From Zygnema circumcarinatum SAG 698-1b (lineage: Eukaryota; Plantae; Zygnematophyceae), in assembly GCA_037447605.1 (NCBI GenBank), contig CM074812.1, forward strand, positions 3,162,001-3,226,000: a stretch of DNA of 64,000 nt. The letters run 5' to 3'. The first letter of the stretch is position 1. The number at the start of each line of letters is the position of its first letter. Shown here one piece after another: positions 29,738 to 41,842 of the stretch. The position numbers and the translations under genes are program-made. The notes below the pieces were generated by a model that searched no databases, was not told the DNA's origin, and worked only from the letters and a program-made list of their open reading frames with translations.

Positions 29738-30188
29738 CCTCTCTCTCTCTCTCTCTCTCTGTTCTGTTCAGCTCTATGGAGGCCTCGTCGTGTTCGTGGG
29801 GTACATACTATTTGACACTCAGATGATAATTGAGCGTGCGAGTTTGGGCGATTTTGACTATGTGCGGCACGCGATGGACCTTCTGCTCGACTTCGTCTCC
29901 GTCTTTGTGCGAGTGCTCGTCATTTTGGTGAGTGGGTCGTTAAGGTTAATGTAATTTTTATGGGTCTATGTGCATGCATGTATGCATATGTATGTGTATA
30001 TGTATATGTATATGTATAAGTAATTCTAAAATGAAAAATGCAAAAAAAACAAACAGATGTAAATGCAAATGTACTCTTATTCAATGTGTTCTGATCGGTT
30101 CGGTTTTGGGGTGTCAAATCTGCAATGGCAGCTGAAGGATAAGAGCAGCTCCGAGAAGGAGAGGCGGAAGAGGAATTATCGGAAGTGA
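27313..30188 (+). CDS. BI-1: Bax inhibitor-1 (TMBIM6 family), 6 exons
   Basis: Exons 27313-27420 (SPRVQKHLQK), 27844-27993 (VYLTL...GGLLSTLG), 28396-28487 (FLQGLSVGPLV), 29026-29212 (FACFSGAAILAKRREFLFLGG), 29772-29927 (LYGGLVVFVGYILFDTQMIIERA..GDFDYVRHA), 30132-30188 (KERRKRNYRK*). Confidence 0.95.
27430..27700 (+). repeat. Telomere-like (TTTAGGG)n array in BI-1 intron 1
   Basis: tagggtttagggttcagggtttt repeats directly after the donor. Confidence 0.85.
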
Positions 30189-31374
30189 ACTTTCTGGAAG
30201 TGAATAGACAGGCAGAGAGAGAGAGAGGGAGAGAGGCGGGGGGAAGAGGAACGGGCGGGTGGGAAGGGGAGGGAGAGTGAGAATGGTAGAGAAGGAGAGA
30301 GAGAAAGGGAGTGAGAGTGTGGGAGTGAGAGGGGCAGGGACGAGGAAGCGAGGGGAATGGGAGGGGTTGGGGCCGAGGAAGAGCGAGCGTGAGGGAGGGA
30401 GTGGGGAGGAGAGAGCGGGAGAGCAAAGAGAGAGAGAGAGAGCGAGAGAGCGCGAGGAGAGCGAGAGAGCGCGAGGAGAGCGAGAGAGCGCGAGGAGAGC
30501 GAGAGATATTAGTGATAGGTGGGCTTGTAGATTGACCATTTAGATACATTAAAACGTATATGTTGTACAGAACTGTATACAAATGCTTCCCATTCCATGT
30601 ACGGCATGTGACGGAACTGTACCTATGTATGGCTCAAAGATGCGATGATTGGCTTCATGCATGGTACTGGGTCTCAAATCGAAATTTGGGATCAAAGGTG
30701 GTCAGAGGATCAAAGGCGAAAATCTGTGAAATTTCAGATGTAGTTGAAACCTCTCTAGTTTACAGATACGAGAGTTGGATTTGACATTGATCTTACGATG
30801 TAGACAATACCAATAGGCAATACCAAAAGGGACATGGATGAACTCGAGATGTAGAACAAAGTAACAAGTGACCTAATGACTCCTATTAACTAAAAAAGTG
30901 CTGGTAAGAAACCTTCTAAAGCAGCAACATAAGGTTGCCAATGTGAAACATATCTCGCCGAGTGATAGGTGGAAGGGAGTTGTCCTCCCTCACTCTCTCT
31001 CTCACTCCGTCTCACTCTCTCTCCCTCCCTGTTCAAATCCCTTTGCTCTCCTCCCACCTCACTTCCTCCCCGCTTCTCCGACCCCCTTCCCTTTCCTTCT
31101 ATTGTTCTACACGTTCTCTACCTCTCCCAACCATCTCTCCCCACTACTCACCCCCGCCACAAACCGTCCATTTCACTCCCTCCAGTCTCTCCCCTTTCTT
31201 TCTCCCTCTCACCACATCTCTCTCGCCTCTCTCTAACATCCCTCACACTCCGTGCCCAGTACTCACCTCCCCCCTCTCTCCCCTCCACTGCCCTGTCTCT
31301 CACCCCCTCCCTACCCCTCTCTCATCGCTCAGCCCACTCTCTCTCCCCATCTCCTCCCTCTCTCTCTCTCTCTC

Positions 31375-31794
31375 TCACTCTGCCTCCAGCTCCGCCCCAA
31401 ACTTCTCCAGCCGCTGAGCCTCCCACTCCTCGTCCCGGAATTGTGCATAATTGACCGCTCCGTTATCCTCCAAGGCTTCAACCTGCCTCCCTGCGAACCT
31501 GCAATTTTCATACCCTCCTTTCCATTCCGTTTCAGTAAATTGTTAATCCGTGTCGACAAAGAGCACCGCTGATCATCCTCTCTCGTTCCAAAACATACGA
31601 AAGGAAAGGAAAGATACTCATTATCATTATATTATACTCATTATCTCACTTACTCATTCACTCGATTATTGGGTTCAATACAATATGCTCGCTCTGTTCC
31701 TCTCTCCACTCCTCCCTCTTATCTGCTCTCACCCCATTCCCCTCGCCCCTTCCCCTCCCACTCCCACTCCGCCTTCCCCTCCCCTCCGCCCCCA

Positions 31795-31831
<37 letters not shown>

Positions 31832-33417
31832 CTTTCTCTTACTTTCTCTCGCCCTCTCCTTCTCCCTTTCTAACTCACTCTATCCCTCTCCTTCTCCCTC
31901 TCTAACTCGCTCTCTGTCTCTCTCTCTCTCTTTCTCTCTCTCTCCCGCTCTCACTGCCGCCTACCATCTGCCGTTCATCTTCTCCATGCAGAGCAGTCCT
32001 CCCTCCCGTTCCTTAAACCGAACAGTAACCACTCCGTTGGGATGATTCTCATATATCTGTTGTCAGTTTCAACGGAACAGTTCATTTTTTGACATGGAAC
32101 GCAGAAGGAAAGGTGGAGAAACTCTTGAGTGTTCCCAATGATAAGGGAGAGAAGAAGGAGAGACGAGCGAGAGAGGAAGGTAGCGTAGGAGGAAGGAAAG
32201 TGAAAGGGAGGGAGAGAGAGAGAGTGGAGGTCAAGGGAAAAAGAGAGGGAGAGAGAGGGAGGGAGGGTAGAAGAAAGGAGGGAGAGGGAGGGAGAGACAG
32301 GGAGGGAGCGCGAGAGAGCGAGTAAGGAAAAAGGAGACTGAATGGGAGGAGGGAGAGTGCGAGAAAGGAGAGTGAGGGAGGGAGAGAGGGGGGAACGAGC
32401 AAGTGGAGGACAAATCGGGACGAATTAAATCAAGTTACAGCGAGAAACATCAGAGACTGGAAAAACACAGTTGTTTTGCTGAGAAAATTTAGCAGATAAA
32501 GTTCTCTTCACCTTTATTTTTTCGACGGGCCCAAATTTGGTGCATTCCTCCATTATGTCACTCTCCAACTCTTGAAGGAGAGAGGGCTCTCCCACAACTT
32601 CTTCTCTCGTGAACATATGCTTCAAAACAATTGTAATGGGAATTGCGATTTTGCGATCGTCGAATCCACCTGAAATTCAAAAAAGAAAAACAAAAAAAAA
32701 AAGTGTCAAGAATGAATGAAGAATGGGTCTAAAGTAAATGAGTTCAATGAGAAGTTTGAAGAGGATGAATGTGCATCGCATAAAGAGGGAACAAAAATAA
32801 AGAGAGAGAAAGAGAGATTCAGTGAAAAGGAGAGGGAGATTGAGAGAGAGGGGGCGGGGGGGAGGGGGGGAGAGAAAGAGAGAGAGGGCGCGNNNNNNNN
32901 NNAGAGGGGAGAGGGGAGAGGGGAGAGGGGAGAGGAGAGAGGAGAGAGGGGAGGGAGGGGAGGGGAGTGAAGGAAAAAGGACTACCTAGTTCATTATTTC
33001 TGTCTGTCAATGAATTTAACCACTAATCAGTATTGGTAAGAAAAAAGGGAAAAATAAATAAGGGTTTTGGGGGTTCTGCAAACTGACCCCATCCGAGAGT
33101 TTTGTCCTCCTTCCGTTTCAGTTTCAGTTTTTGCTTTTTGGGTTTTGTGGTTTGGCGCTTTATGAAGACATCGCCTGCATGGAAAACGGAACATTGTCAG
33201 AGTTTGCACATAGAAAACGTCACAGAGTACGGAACTGAAGGTTCAAAAAAATCCAAAAACGAACTGAAGATCAGACAATGGAACAGAACGCAGAACTTTA
33301 TCAAAGCATCGCGGTTTGAAGAAGGGACGATGGAGGGGTAGAGAGAGAGGTGGACGGACAGAGAGAGAGAAAAAGAGAGAGGGGGAGTGAGAGAGTGGGA
33401 GAGAGGGGGAGAGAGAG

Positions 33418-33470
<53 letters not shown>

Positions 33471-33510
33471 TGAGAGTGAGTGAGAGAGAGAGAGACAGAG
33501 AGAGAGAGAG

Positions 33511-33552
<42 letters not shown>

Positions 33553-36500
33553 TGAGAGAGAGAGGGAGCTGTTAGAGAGAGAGAGACAGGGAGGAGAGGG
33601 AAGGAACTAGAGGGGGACAACGGGAAGGAAACCAACGAGAAAAGACAATGATTGAACTGAAAAAGTATCGAGACAATATTAAATGCAAGAAACGCTTTTC
33701 CCATCCCTCTCCCCATTCCCCTCCCTCTTCATCGCCTCCCTCCCCTCCCTCCCCTCCCTCCCCTCCCTCCCCTCCCCCCCCCCCTTATCCACCCTCGCCC
33801 CTCCATCTCCCCTCGCCCATTCCCCTCTCCCAACTCTCGTCTGCCCTCTGCATCTCCCCCTCCCTTTCCGTCTCCCCCTCCCCCTCTCCCCCCTCCTCTC
33901 CTCTCCAGCTCCCCTCACTCTTCCCATCCATCTCTCCCCCGCTCCCTCCCCCTTTCCCTCCCCCTCCCACTCCCCATCCCCCCGTCCTCCTCCCCCTCCC
34001 CCTAAATCTCCATCTCCCTCCCCCTCTCCCTCCCCCTCCACTTCCCCCTCCCNNNNNNNNNNCCCACTCCGTCTCCCTCCCCCATCCCCCTCCCTCTCCC
34101 TCACCCTCCCCCTCTCTCCCTCCCTCTCTACCTCTCCCTCTCCCACCCTTCTGCTCGAACTTCGCTCTCGTCACAGTCAGCGGAGGGCTCCCTCCCGCTC
34201 TCAGAGGAGCTCCGTCCAAAATTTTGAGAGCCAAATCCACTGAAGGCTCCTGGACAGCCCGTGAAAAGTCAACGGTGTTACATAAAGTCAACACTATTAA
34301 AAAATAACAATGATTGCTGCGTTACAAGTCAACGATGATAAAAAGAAGGCAGTGGACGATTTGAAGTCAGAGGGCATTCATTTAGTCAACGGTGGCTGCA
34401 AAAGTCAACAGATAGCTTAGAAAGTCACATGAAGTCAACGGTAATAAAAATGTCAACGGGGCAAAGAAGTCAATTGGTATCATACACAATCAGTCTACTA
34501 CTTCCCAGAAAGTCAACGGAACCTATTGCTAAGTAACTCAACCTGTTCATAAAGTCCACGATATTTTTATGACGTCAACAGCCATAAAAAAGAAGTCAAA
34601 ATAAACAAAAGGGTAATGATTACTCGGTTCTTCAAAGTCAACCCTGGGAAAAAACATATTTTTTGCTGCCCGGACCTTCAAGTACGTGACGAGACCGTCC
34701 CCTTTGAGCAGTCCCGTGGCTCGGTCCGTATAGAGCTTCGCTTTGGGCTTGCGCGTGTCCGGGTCCTGGGAGGGAGAGGGAGAGGGAGAGGGAGAGGGAG
34801 AGGGAGAGGGAGAGGGAGAGGGAGAGGGAGAGGAGAGGGAGGTGGAGGAGGGCAGGGAGAGGGAGAGGGAGAGGAGGAGGAAGAGGAGAGGAGAGGGAGA
34901 GGGAGAGGGAGAGGGAGAGGGAGAGGGAGAGGAGAGGGAGAGGGAGAGGGAGAGGGAGAGGAGAGGAAGAGGGAGAGGGAGAGGGAGAGGGAGAGGGAGA
35001 GGGAGAGGGAGAGGAGAGGGAGAGGAGAGGAGAGGGAGAGGGAGAGGGAGAGGAGAGGGCGAGGGAGAGGGAGAGGAGAGGGAGAGGAGGAGAGGGAGAG
35101 GAGAGGGAGAGGGAGAGGAAGAGGAGAGGGAGAGGAGAGGGAGAGGAGAGGGAGAGGGAGAGGAGAGGGAGAGGGAGAGGAGAGGAGAGGGAGAGGGAGA
35201 GGGAGAGGGAGAGGAGAGGAGAGGGAGAGGGAGAGGGAGAGGAGAGGGAGAGGAGGAGAGGAAGAGGGAGAGGGAGAGGGAGAGGGAGAGGAGGAGAGGG
35301 AGAGGGAGAGGGAGAGGGAGAGGGAGAGGGAGAGGAGAGGAAGAGGGAGGAGGGAGAGGGAGAGGGAGAGGGAGAGGGAGAGGGAGAGGGAGAGGGAGAG
35401 GGAGAGGGAGAGGGAGGAGGGAGAGGGAGAGGGCGAGGGAGAGGGAGAGGGAGAGGGAGGAGGGAGAGGGAGAGGAGAGGGAGAGGGAGAGGGAGGGAGA
35501 GGGAGAGGGAGAGGGAGAGGATAGGAGAGGAGAGGGAGGGAGAGGGAGAGGGAGAGGGAGAGGGAGAGGGAGATAGGTACAAGCAGAAAAAAGGAAAAGT
35601 TTCAGCAAGCATCACATTTTTGGCAGCCCGAATTGGAGGAAGAAAAGAAAAACAAAAGAGAGAAGGAGAAATATTGTTAAANNNNNNNNNNNNNNNNNNN
35701 NNNNNNNNNNNNNNNNNNNNNNNNNNNNNNNNNNNNNNNNNNNNNNNNNNNNNNNNNNNNNNNNNNNNNNNNNNNNNNNNNNNNNNNNNNNNNNNNNNNN
35801 NNNNNNNNAGAGGGGAGGGAGAGGGGGAGGGAGAGGGGGAGGGAGAGGGGGGATGGAGAGGGGGAGGGAGAGGGGGAGGGAGAGGGAGGGAGAGGGGGAG
35901 GGAGAGGGGGAGGGAGAGGGAGGAGAGGGAGGGAGGAGGGAGGGAGAGGGAGGGAGAGGGGGAGGGAGAGGGGGAGGGAGAGGGGGAGGGAGAGGGGGAG
36001 GGAGAGGGGAGGGAGAGGGGGAGGGAGAGAGGGAGGGAGAGGGGAGGGAGAGGGAGGGAGAGGGGGAGGGAGAGGGGGAGGGAGAGGGGGAGGGAGAGGG
36101 AGGGAGAGGGGGAGGGAGAGGGGGAGGGAGAGGGAGGGAGAGGGGAGGGAGTAGGGAGGGAGAGGGGGGGAGGGAGAGGGAGGGAGAGGGAGGGAGAGGG
36201 GGAGGGAGAGGGGGAGGGAGAGGGAGGGAGAGGGGGGGAGGGACGGGGGAGGGAGCGGGGGAGGGAGAGGGGGAGGGAGAGGGGGGGAGGGAGAGGGGGG
36301 AGGGAGAGGGGGAGGGAGAGGGGGAGGGAGAGGGGGAGGGAGAGGGGGAGGGAGAGGGGGAGGGAAGGGAGGGAGAGGGGGAGGGAGAGGGGGAGGGAGA
36401 GGGGGAGGGAGAGGGGGGGAGGGAGAGGGGGAGGGAGAGGGGGAGGGAGAGGGGGAGGGAGAGGGGGAGGGAGAGGGGGAGGGAGAGGGGGAGGGAGGAG

Positions 36501-39500
36501 GGAGGGAGAGGGAGGGAGAGGGGGAGGGAGAGAGGGGGAGGGAGAGGGAGAGGGGGAGGGAGGAGAGGGGGAGGGAGAGGGGGAGGGAGAGGGGGGGAGG
36601 GAGAGAGGGGGAGAGGGGAGGGGGAGGGAGAGGGAGGGAGAGGGAGAGGGGGAGGTGGGAGGGGGAGGAGAGAGGGGGCGAGAGGGGGGGAGGGAGAGGG
36701 AGGGAGAGGGGGGAGGGAGAGGGGGGGAGGGAGAGGGGGAGAGGGAGAGAGGGGGAGGGAGAGGGAGGGAGAGGGGGAGGGAGAGGGGGAGGGAGAGGGG
36801 GAGGGAGGAGGGAGGGAGAGGGAGGGAGAGAGGGGGGAGGGAGAGGGGAGGGGGAGGGGGAGGAAGAGGGAGCAGAGGGGAGGGAGAGGGGGAGGGAGAG
36901 GGAGGGAGAGGGGAGGGATAGGGGGAGGGATAGAGAGGGGGAGAGGGGGAGGGAGAGGGGGGAGGGGGAGGGGGAGGGGGAGGGAGGGAGGGACTGGGAG
37001 AGAGTGGGAGAGGGAGGGAGGGAGAGGGGGGAACTAGGGGGGGAGAGGGAGAGGGAGAGGGAGGAAGAGGGGGAGGGAGAGGGAGGGAGAGGAGGGAGAG
37101 AGGGGGAGAGAGGGGGGAGGGAGAGGGGGGGAGGGAGGGGGAAGGAGCGGGGGAGAGAGTGGGAGAGGGAGAGGGGGAGGGAGAGGGGGATGTAGAGGGG
37201 GGAGAGGGAGAGGGAGAGGGGGAGGAAGAGGGGAGGAAGAGGGGGAGGGAGGGGGAGGGAGAGGAGGGAGAGGGAGGGAGAGGGGGAGAGGGATGTAGAG
37301 GAGGGGAGAACAAGGGTAGGGAGTCGGAGGGACAGAGGGAGAGGGGTGGGCAGTGACGGGGCACGAGGGGAGGGGGAAGGGAGAGGGGGAAAGAGAGTTT
37401 TCGCAGAGGGAGAGAGGGTGGGAGAGGAGAGAAAGGGGGGAGAGAGCCGGCGAGGCAGAGCGAGACGGGGGTGGAAGGGAGAAATGAAAAAGGGAGAGGG
37501 AACGAGCGAGAAAGAGTGAAGAAGTGGGAGTGGGAGGCAGAGGGGGAGAGAGGGAGGGAGAGGGAGAAAGAGAGGGACAGGAAGGAAGTTGAGGAAGGGA
37601 GGACGGCCCAAAACCAATTAGAAACTGAATGAGACGCCACCCTGCTACTCCCTGAATTCCAACAAAATTTTGAATGGGAAAATGGTCAAGGAGGGTAGGG
37701 AGAGGAGAAGATAGAGGGAGAGGCAGAGAGTGGAGGGAGAGAGCCAATGAGGCAGAGGGAGAGAGTGGGGGTGAGAGGAGGGAAAGAAGATTTGTTTTTT
37801 AACTCACCTTTTTTTCTTCGGGCTGCCCGCCGTTCTCCTCCTCCGTCCCCTTTCCCTTTCTCTTCTTTTCTTTCCCTTTCACTTCCACCCCTCCCTCGAA
37901 ATCTTTTTTTCTTTTTTCTCCTTTTTTTCCGCTGCCCTCGACTATCTCTCCCCATTGCGATTTATTTTCTTCTGTAGACCCAATTTCTGCAGAATTTATA
38001 CCCCGTTTATACCCCAACTCCGGAGATTCATCTCCCATTAAATCTCTTGCAGCTCTCTCCTCTGCCTCGGTTTTTAGGGCTTCTAATGCTGACGTTGGGA
38101 TGACGTCATCGTCTCCTTCATACGTCATCATCTCCGGGGCATAAGCAGCGGCAGTATCCGGAGGAACCTTCACTTCTTCGCCCTGAGAGGGAGAGAGAGG
38201 GAGAGAGAGGGAGGGAGAGGGAGGGAGAGGGAGGGAGAGGGAGNNNNNNNNNNGAGAGAGTGGGAAGGAGGGTTGGAAGGAGAGGGAGGGAGAGAGTGAG
38301 AGAGTGGGAAGGAGGGTTGGAAGGAGAGGGAGGGAGAGAGTGAAAGAGTGGGAAGGAGGGTTGGAAGGAGAGGGAGGGAGAGAGCGAGAGAGTGGGAAGG
38401 AGGGTTGGAAGGAGAGGGAGGGAGAGAGGGGGAGTGAGTGAGAGGGAGGGAGGGATGGGGGGAGTAGAGAAGATAGGAAGGGGGCGAGAGTAGAATGGCA
38501 GAGGTGGGCGGGAGGAGTCGACGAGAGAATGGGAGAGAGGGAGGGAGAGGGGGAGGGTGAGAGAGATTGGGAGATTTTCGAAGGGAGAGAGAGAGTGGAG
38601 GATAGGGGCAGAGTGGTAGAGGCGGCGGGTGAGAGGGAGTTAGAGGAAGGGAGGATTAGAGTGGGAGAAAGCGAACAAGAGCAGTATCCAGTGAGGGAGT
38701 CTAGACAGAAAAGATTCGAGAGAAAGCTAAAGAGAAAGAAACAGAGAGGGGCAGGGAAAGAGAGAGAGAGAGAGAGAAGAGAGTGAAAGAGTGGAACAGG
38801 AGAAGGGAGGGAAAGGATGCCAAAACTGACCTCAGGGACCCATGCACGCAGTTTGCTGCTCCATGTGTACGCTGTTCCGTCGTCATCTTCAAACTGCTCT
38901 CCCTCCTGCGGCTCCTCCTCTCCCTCTCCCACCTCCCCTCTCCCTGTCACAGTTTCCGTTGCCGTTTCTCTATAACCCTCCTCGGCCATTCCATGTGTCG
39001 CTTCTCCGTCTATACTCCTTCCAAACTCTGCTCTCTCTCCCTCCCCCTCGCCGTCTCCCTCTCCCTCTCCCTCTCCCTCTCCCTCTCCCTCCTCTCCCTC
39101 TTCCTCCTCGTCCTCCTCCAGATCGCCGGTTACATTGTTCTTACTCCCTTTTTCAGTTACACCACTCCCACTCTTACCTCCCTTCTTCCCTCCTCTCCTT
39201 CCCTTCTTCTCCTTCTTAAGAGCTGCTGCTTCCTCTTCCGCTCTCTTTACCTCCTCTGCAAATCTCCGCATCTCTTCATCTTCGTCTACTTCCTCCCCCC
39301 TCTCTCTCTCTCCACCCCCCTCCCTCTCTCTCTCTCCCTTCTTTTTCCCCCTGGTCGTACCACCTCTCCCTCCAACAGCACTCCCTCTCTTTCCCTCTCC
39401 TTGCGACACCTGTCCCACCCCAGAAGGGGCAGCTTCCTGGAAGCTGCTTGTTTCCATGTGATGACCGCTCCGTTCCGTTCCGTTCAGTTCAACAACATTC

Positions 39501-40320
39501 GCATAGAGACTTGGAATGGTAGAGAGAGGCTTCCAGTCAGGAAATTCCTCAGTCCAAAAAAGAGAACTTTCTGTAAAATATCCGGTTGCATAAAGGCCTG
39601 TAGAAATGAAATACAAATAAATGAAAAAGATAATTTCGATATGAATTCCAATTGTAGCTTGAATTTCAATACAAGTTTTGAAATGAAATTAAATAATTGA
39701 AAAATGGAAGGGTTCAAATAGGCTGAGGTCCACTTTGAAGATTTGTGACTATAGAGAGAGAGAGAGATTGAGAAAGAGAGAGAGAGAGATAGAGAGTGAG
39801 AGAAGAGGAGAAAGAGAGAGTGATAGAGAAATTGAGAGAGAGAAGAGAGAGAGAGACAGTGAGAGAGATAGAGAAAGAGCGAGAGAGAGGAGAGAGAGAG
39901 AAGAGTGAGGAAGAAAGAGAGAGAAAAGAGAGAGAGATAGAGAGAGTGGGAAAAGAGAGAGATAGAGAGCGAGAAAAAGAGAGAGAGACGAGAGAGAGAT
40001 AGAGTGAGAGAGAGAGAGTGAGAGAGAGAGAGAGAAGAAAGAGATAGTGAGAGAGGTAGAGAAAGAGAGAGAGAGGAGAGAGAGAGATAGAGGGAGCGAG
40101 ATAGAGAACGAGAGAGAGAGAGAAGAGAGAGAGAGAAGAGCGAGAGAGATAAACAGAGAGAGCGAGATAGTGAAAGAGAGAGAGAGGGAAGAGGGAGAGA
40201 TAGAGAGAGAGAGAGACCTTGAAGCTGAGTGAAATCGTAGGGTCCCTGAGTCTGGTTGTAGAAATCCACATAGTACCATCCTCCTCCAGGTGGCGCTCCG
40301 CCATTGGCCGGAGGGTCCAT
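31375..40320 (-). CDS. HTATSF1: GYF-domain, two-RRM/UHM splicing factor, Tat-SF1/CUS2/ELF9-like; one RRM1 exon missing, probably in the N gap
   Basis: Exons 40320-40218 ([15 protein letters not shown]), 39597-38831 ([17 protein letters not shown]), 38182-37808, 34765-34676 ([21 protein letters not shown]), 34249-34147 ([13 protein letters not shown]...[10 protein letters not shown]), 33174-33088, 32669-32512 (VLKHMF...ECTKFGPV), 32056-31965 ([13 protein letters not shown]...MNGRW), 31498-31375 (FAGRQV...[10 protein letters not shown]). Confidence 0.9.
34265..34645 (+). repeat. Dispersed array of ~12 same-strand GTCAA (W-box core) motifs in an HTATSF1 intron
   Basis: (aa)gtcaa(c) at ~34268, 34287, 34328, 34385, 34404, 34434, 34452, 34469, 34512, 34574, 34595, 34637, plus near-matches. 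Confidence 0.75.
34770..37600. repeat. ~2.8 kb polypurine (GAGAGG/GAGGGG)n tract containing an assembly gap
   Basis: Near-pure G/A on the + strand; N run at ~35682-35808. Confidence 0.95.
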
Positions 40321-41029
40321 TTCTGAAAAGTTTCCTGAAAATCCAATTGTGCAAAGTAGGGTTAACGAAATTAAGGGGTTCAAAAATGATAATAAAAAAA
40401 ATGACAGATATTAGTAAGGGAAAATGGTGGGTTTTGCGGTTCTTAAGTTTTCAGGTTTTCTGTATACTGAAGAGGTTCCACGTCACTTTTTTCAGGGTTC
40501 AGGGTTTAGAATTTTAGGGTTTCAGAGCTTGAATTGAACACCGAAAAAAAAAACTCGGATTCCTGGGTTTGTAAACCTTCTCAGTATTTGGACGAGAGAG
40601 AGAAGGAGAGAGAGAGTGGGGAGACGAGAGAAAGAGGGAGAGGGAGGAGGGGGGCGTGAGAGAGGGCGAGAGGGGGGAGGGGCGAGGGAGAGAGAGATTG
40701 AGAGCCGAGTCGAGAGGGAGAGGGAGAGGGAGAGAAAGGAAGGGGGGAACGGGGCGAGAGAGTGGGAGAGCGAGAGAGAGAGAGAGAGGGAGAGAGATAG
40801 AGGTTTTAGGGAATTGTGAATTTGAAACTTCAGGTTTAATGATGTTTGCAAGTTTTCTGATTGTGGGGTTTTCTGTAAGTTTGCGCTTTCTGGGAAATCC
40901 TCATTTTGGGGATTCCGCGGCTTCAGAAATTTTAGAGTTTATGAAATTCAGTGATTTTGGAGGAGGGCAGGAAGGGGAGAGGGACGAGCGAGGGAAAACG
41001 GAGAAAAACGAAACGGAGGGAGAGAAAGA

Positions 41030-41475
41030 AGGGGTAGTGAGAGAGAGATTGGGGGTAGTGAGAAAAAGATGGGAGATAGTGAGAGAGAGATGGGGGTAGT
41101 GAGCGAGAGGAGGGTAGTGAGAGAGAGACGGGGGTTGTGAGAGAGAGATGGGGGGTAGTGAGAGAGAGAGGGGGGTAGTGAGAGAGAGATGGGGGGTAGT
41201 GAGAGAGAGAGGGGGGGGTAGTGAGAGAGAGATGGGGGTAGTGAGAGAGAGATGGGGGTAGTGAGAGAGAGATGGGGGGTAGTGAGAAAGAGGAGGGTAG
41301 TGAGAGAGATGTGGGGGTAGTGAGAGAGAGAAGGGGGGTAGTGAGCGAGAGATTGGGGGTAGTGAGAGAGTGTGAGGGGTAGTGTGAGAGAGTGAGGGGG
41401 TAGTGAGAGAGAGAGTGAGGGGGTAGTGAGAGAGAGATTGGGGGTAGTGAAAGAGAGAGGGGAGGTAGTGTGAGA
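41030..41475. repeat. Minisatellite, ~20 copies of a ~20-22 bp unit GGGGGTAGTGAGAGAGAGAT
   Basis: ggggtagtga recurs about every 21 bp. Confidence 0.9.
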
Positions 41476-41730
41476 GAGAGAGGGGAATAGAGAGAGGAAG
41501 GCAGAGGGATATAGAGAGAGAGGGTAAGAGAGAGGAGAGAGAGGGGGGTAAGAAAGAAGGAGCTCACCTTCCCTTCCAGCGCCATGGCTCATCTCCATCT
41601 CCAAACCCTAAATATTGCCTTTTTATGTTATAGTTCCGTTCTACCGGAAGGAAACCCTCCACCCGCCACGTGGCACAAGCTAAGGGGAGGTCTGAGCTCT
41701 ATTTGTCAGCTCGGGGGAGGGAGAGGCAGG

Positions 41731-41842
41731 GGCTCCACGTGGCAGCTCGGGAAGGACTCCACGTGGCAAGTCGGGAAGGGCTCCACGTGACGACTGGGGG
41801 AGTGCTCCACGTGGCAGCTCGGGAAGGACTCCACGTGGCAAT
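41731..41842. repeat. Tandem array of five 24-bp units, each carrying a G-box/ABRE-like (C)CACGTG(GC)
   Basis: ccacgt starts at 41735, 41759, 41783, 41807, 41831 (exact 24-bp period); unit ~GGCTCCACGTGGCAGCTCGGGAAG. Confidence 0.9.

Noticed and set aside
34638-37640. 1000-aa and 646-aa S/L/P-rich ORFs, and the many [15 protein letters not shown] ORFs throughout the window
   Set aside because: They are translations of stop-free GA/CT microsatellite tracts inside introns, some spanning N gaps, with no domain content
41568-41585. MALEGK|gtgagc as an additional first coding exon of HTATSF1
   Set aside because: The phase-0 donor does not fit the phase-1 acceptors at ~40322-40333; at best a uORF or UTR exon
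41731-41842. Regularly spaced short repeats as a possible CRISPR-like array (also the GTCAA array at 34265-34645)
   Set aside because: Eukaryotic context; the units are whole-period tandem repeats or 5-9 bp motifs without 23-47 bp repeats and unique spacers; no cas genes
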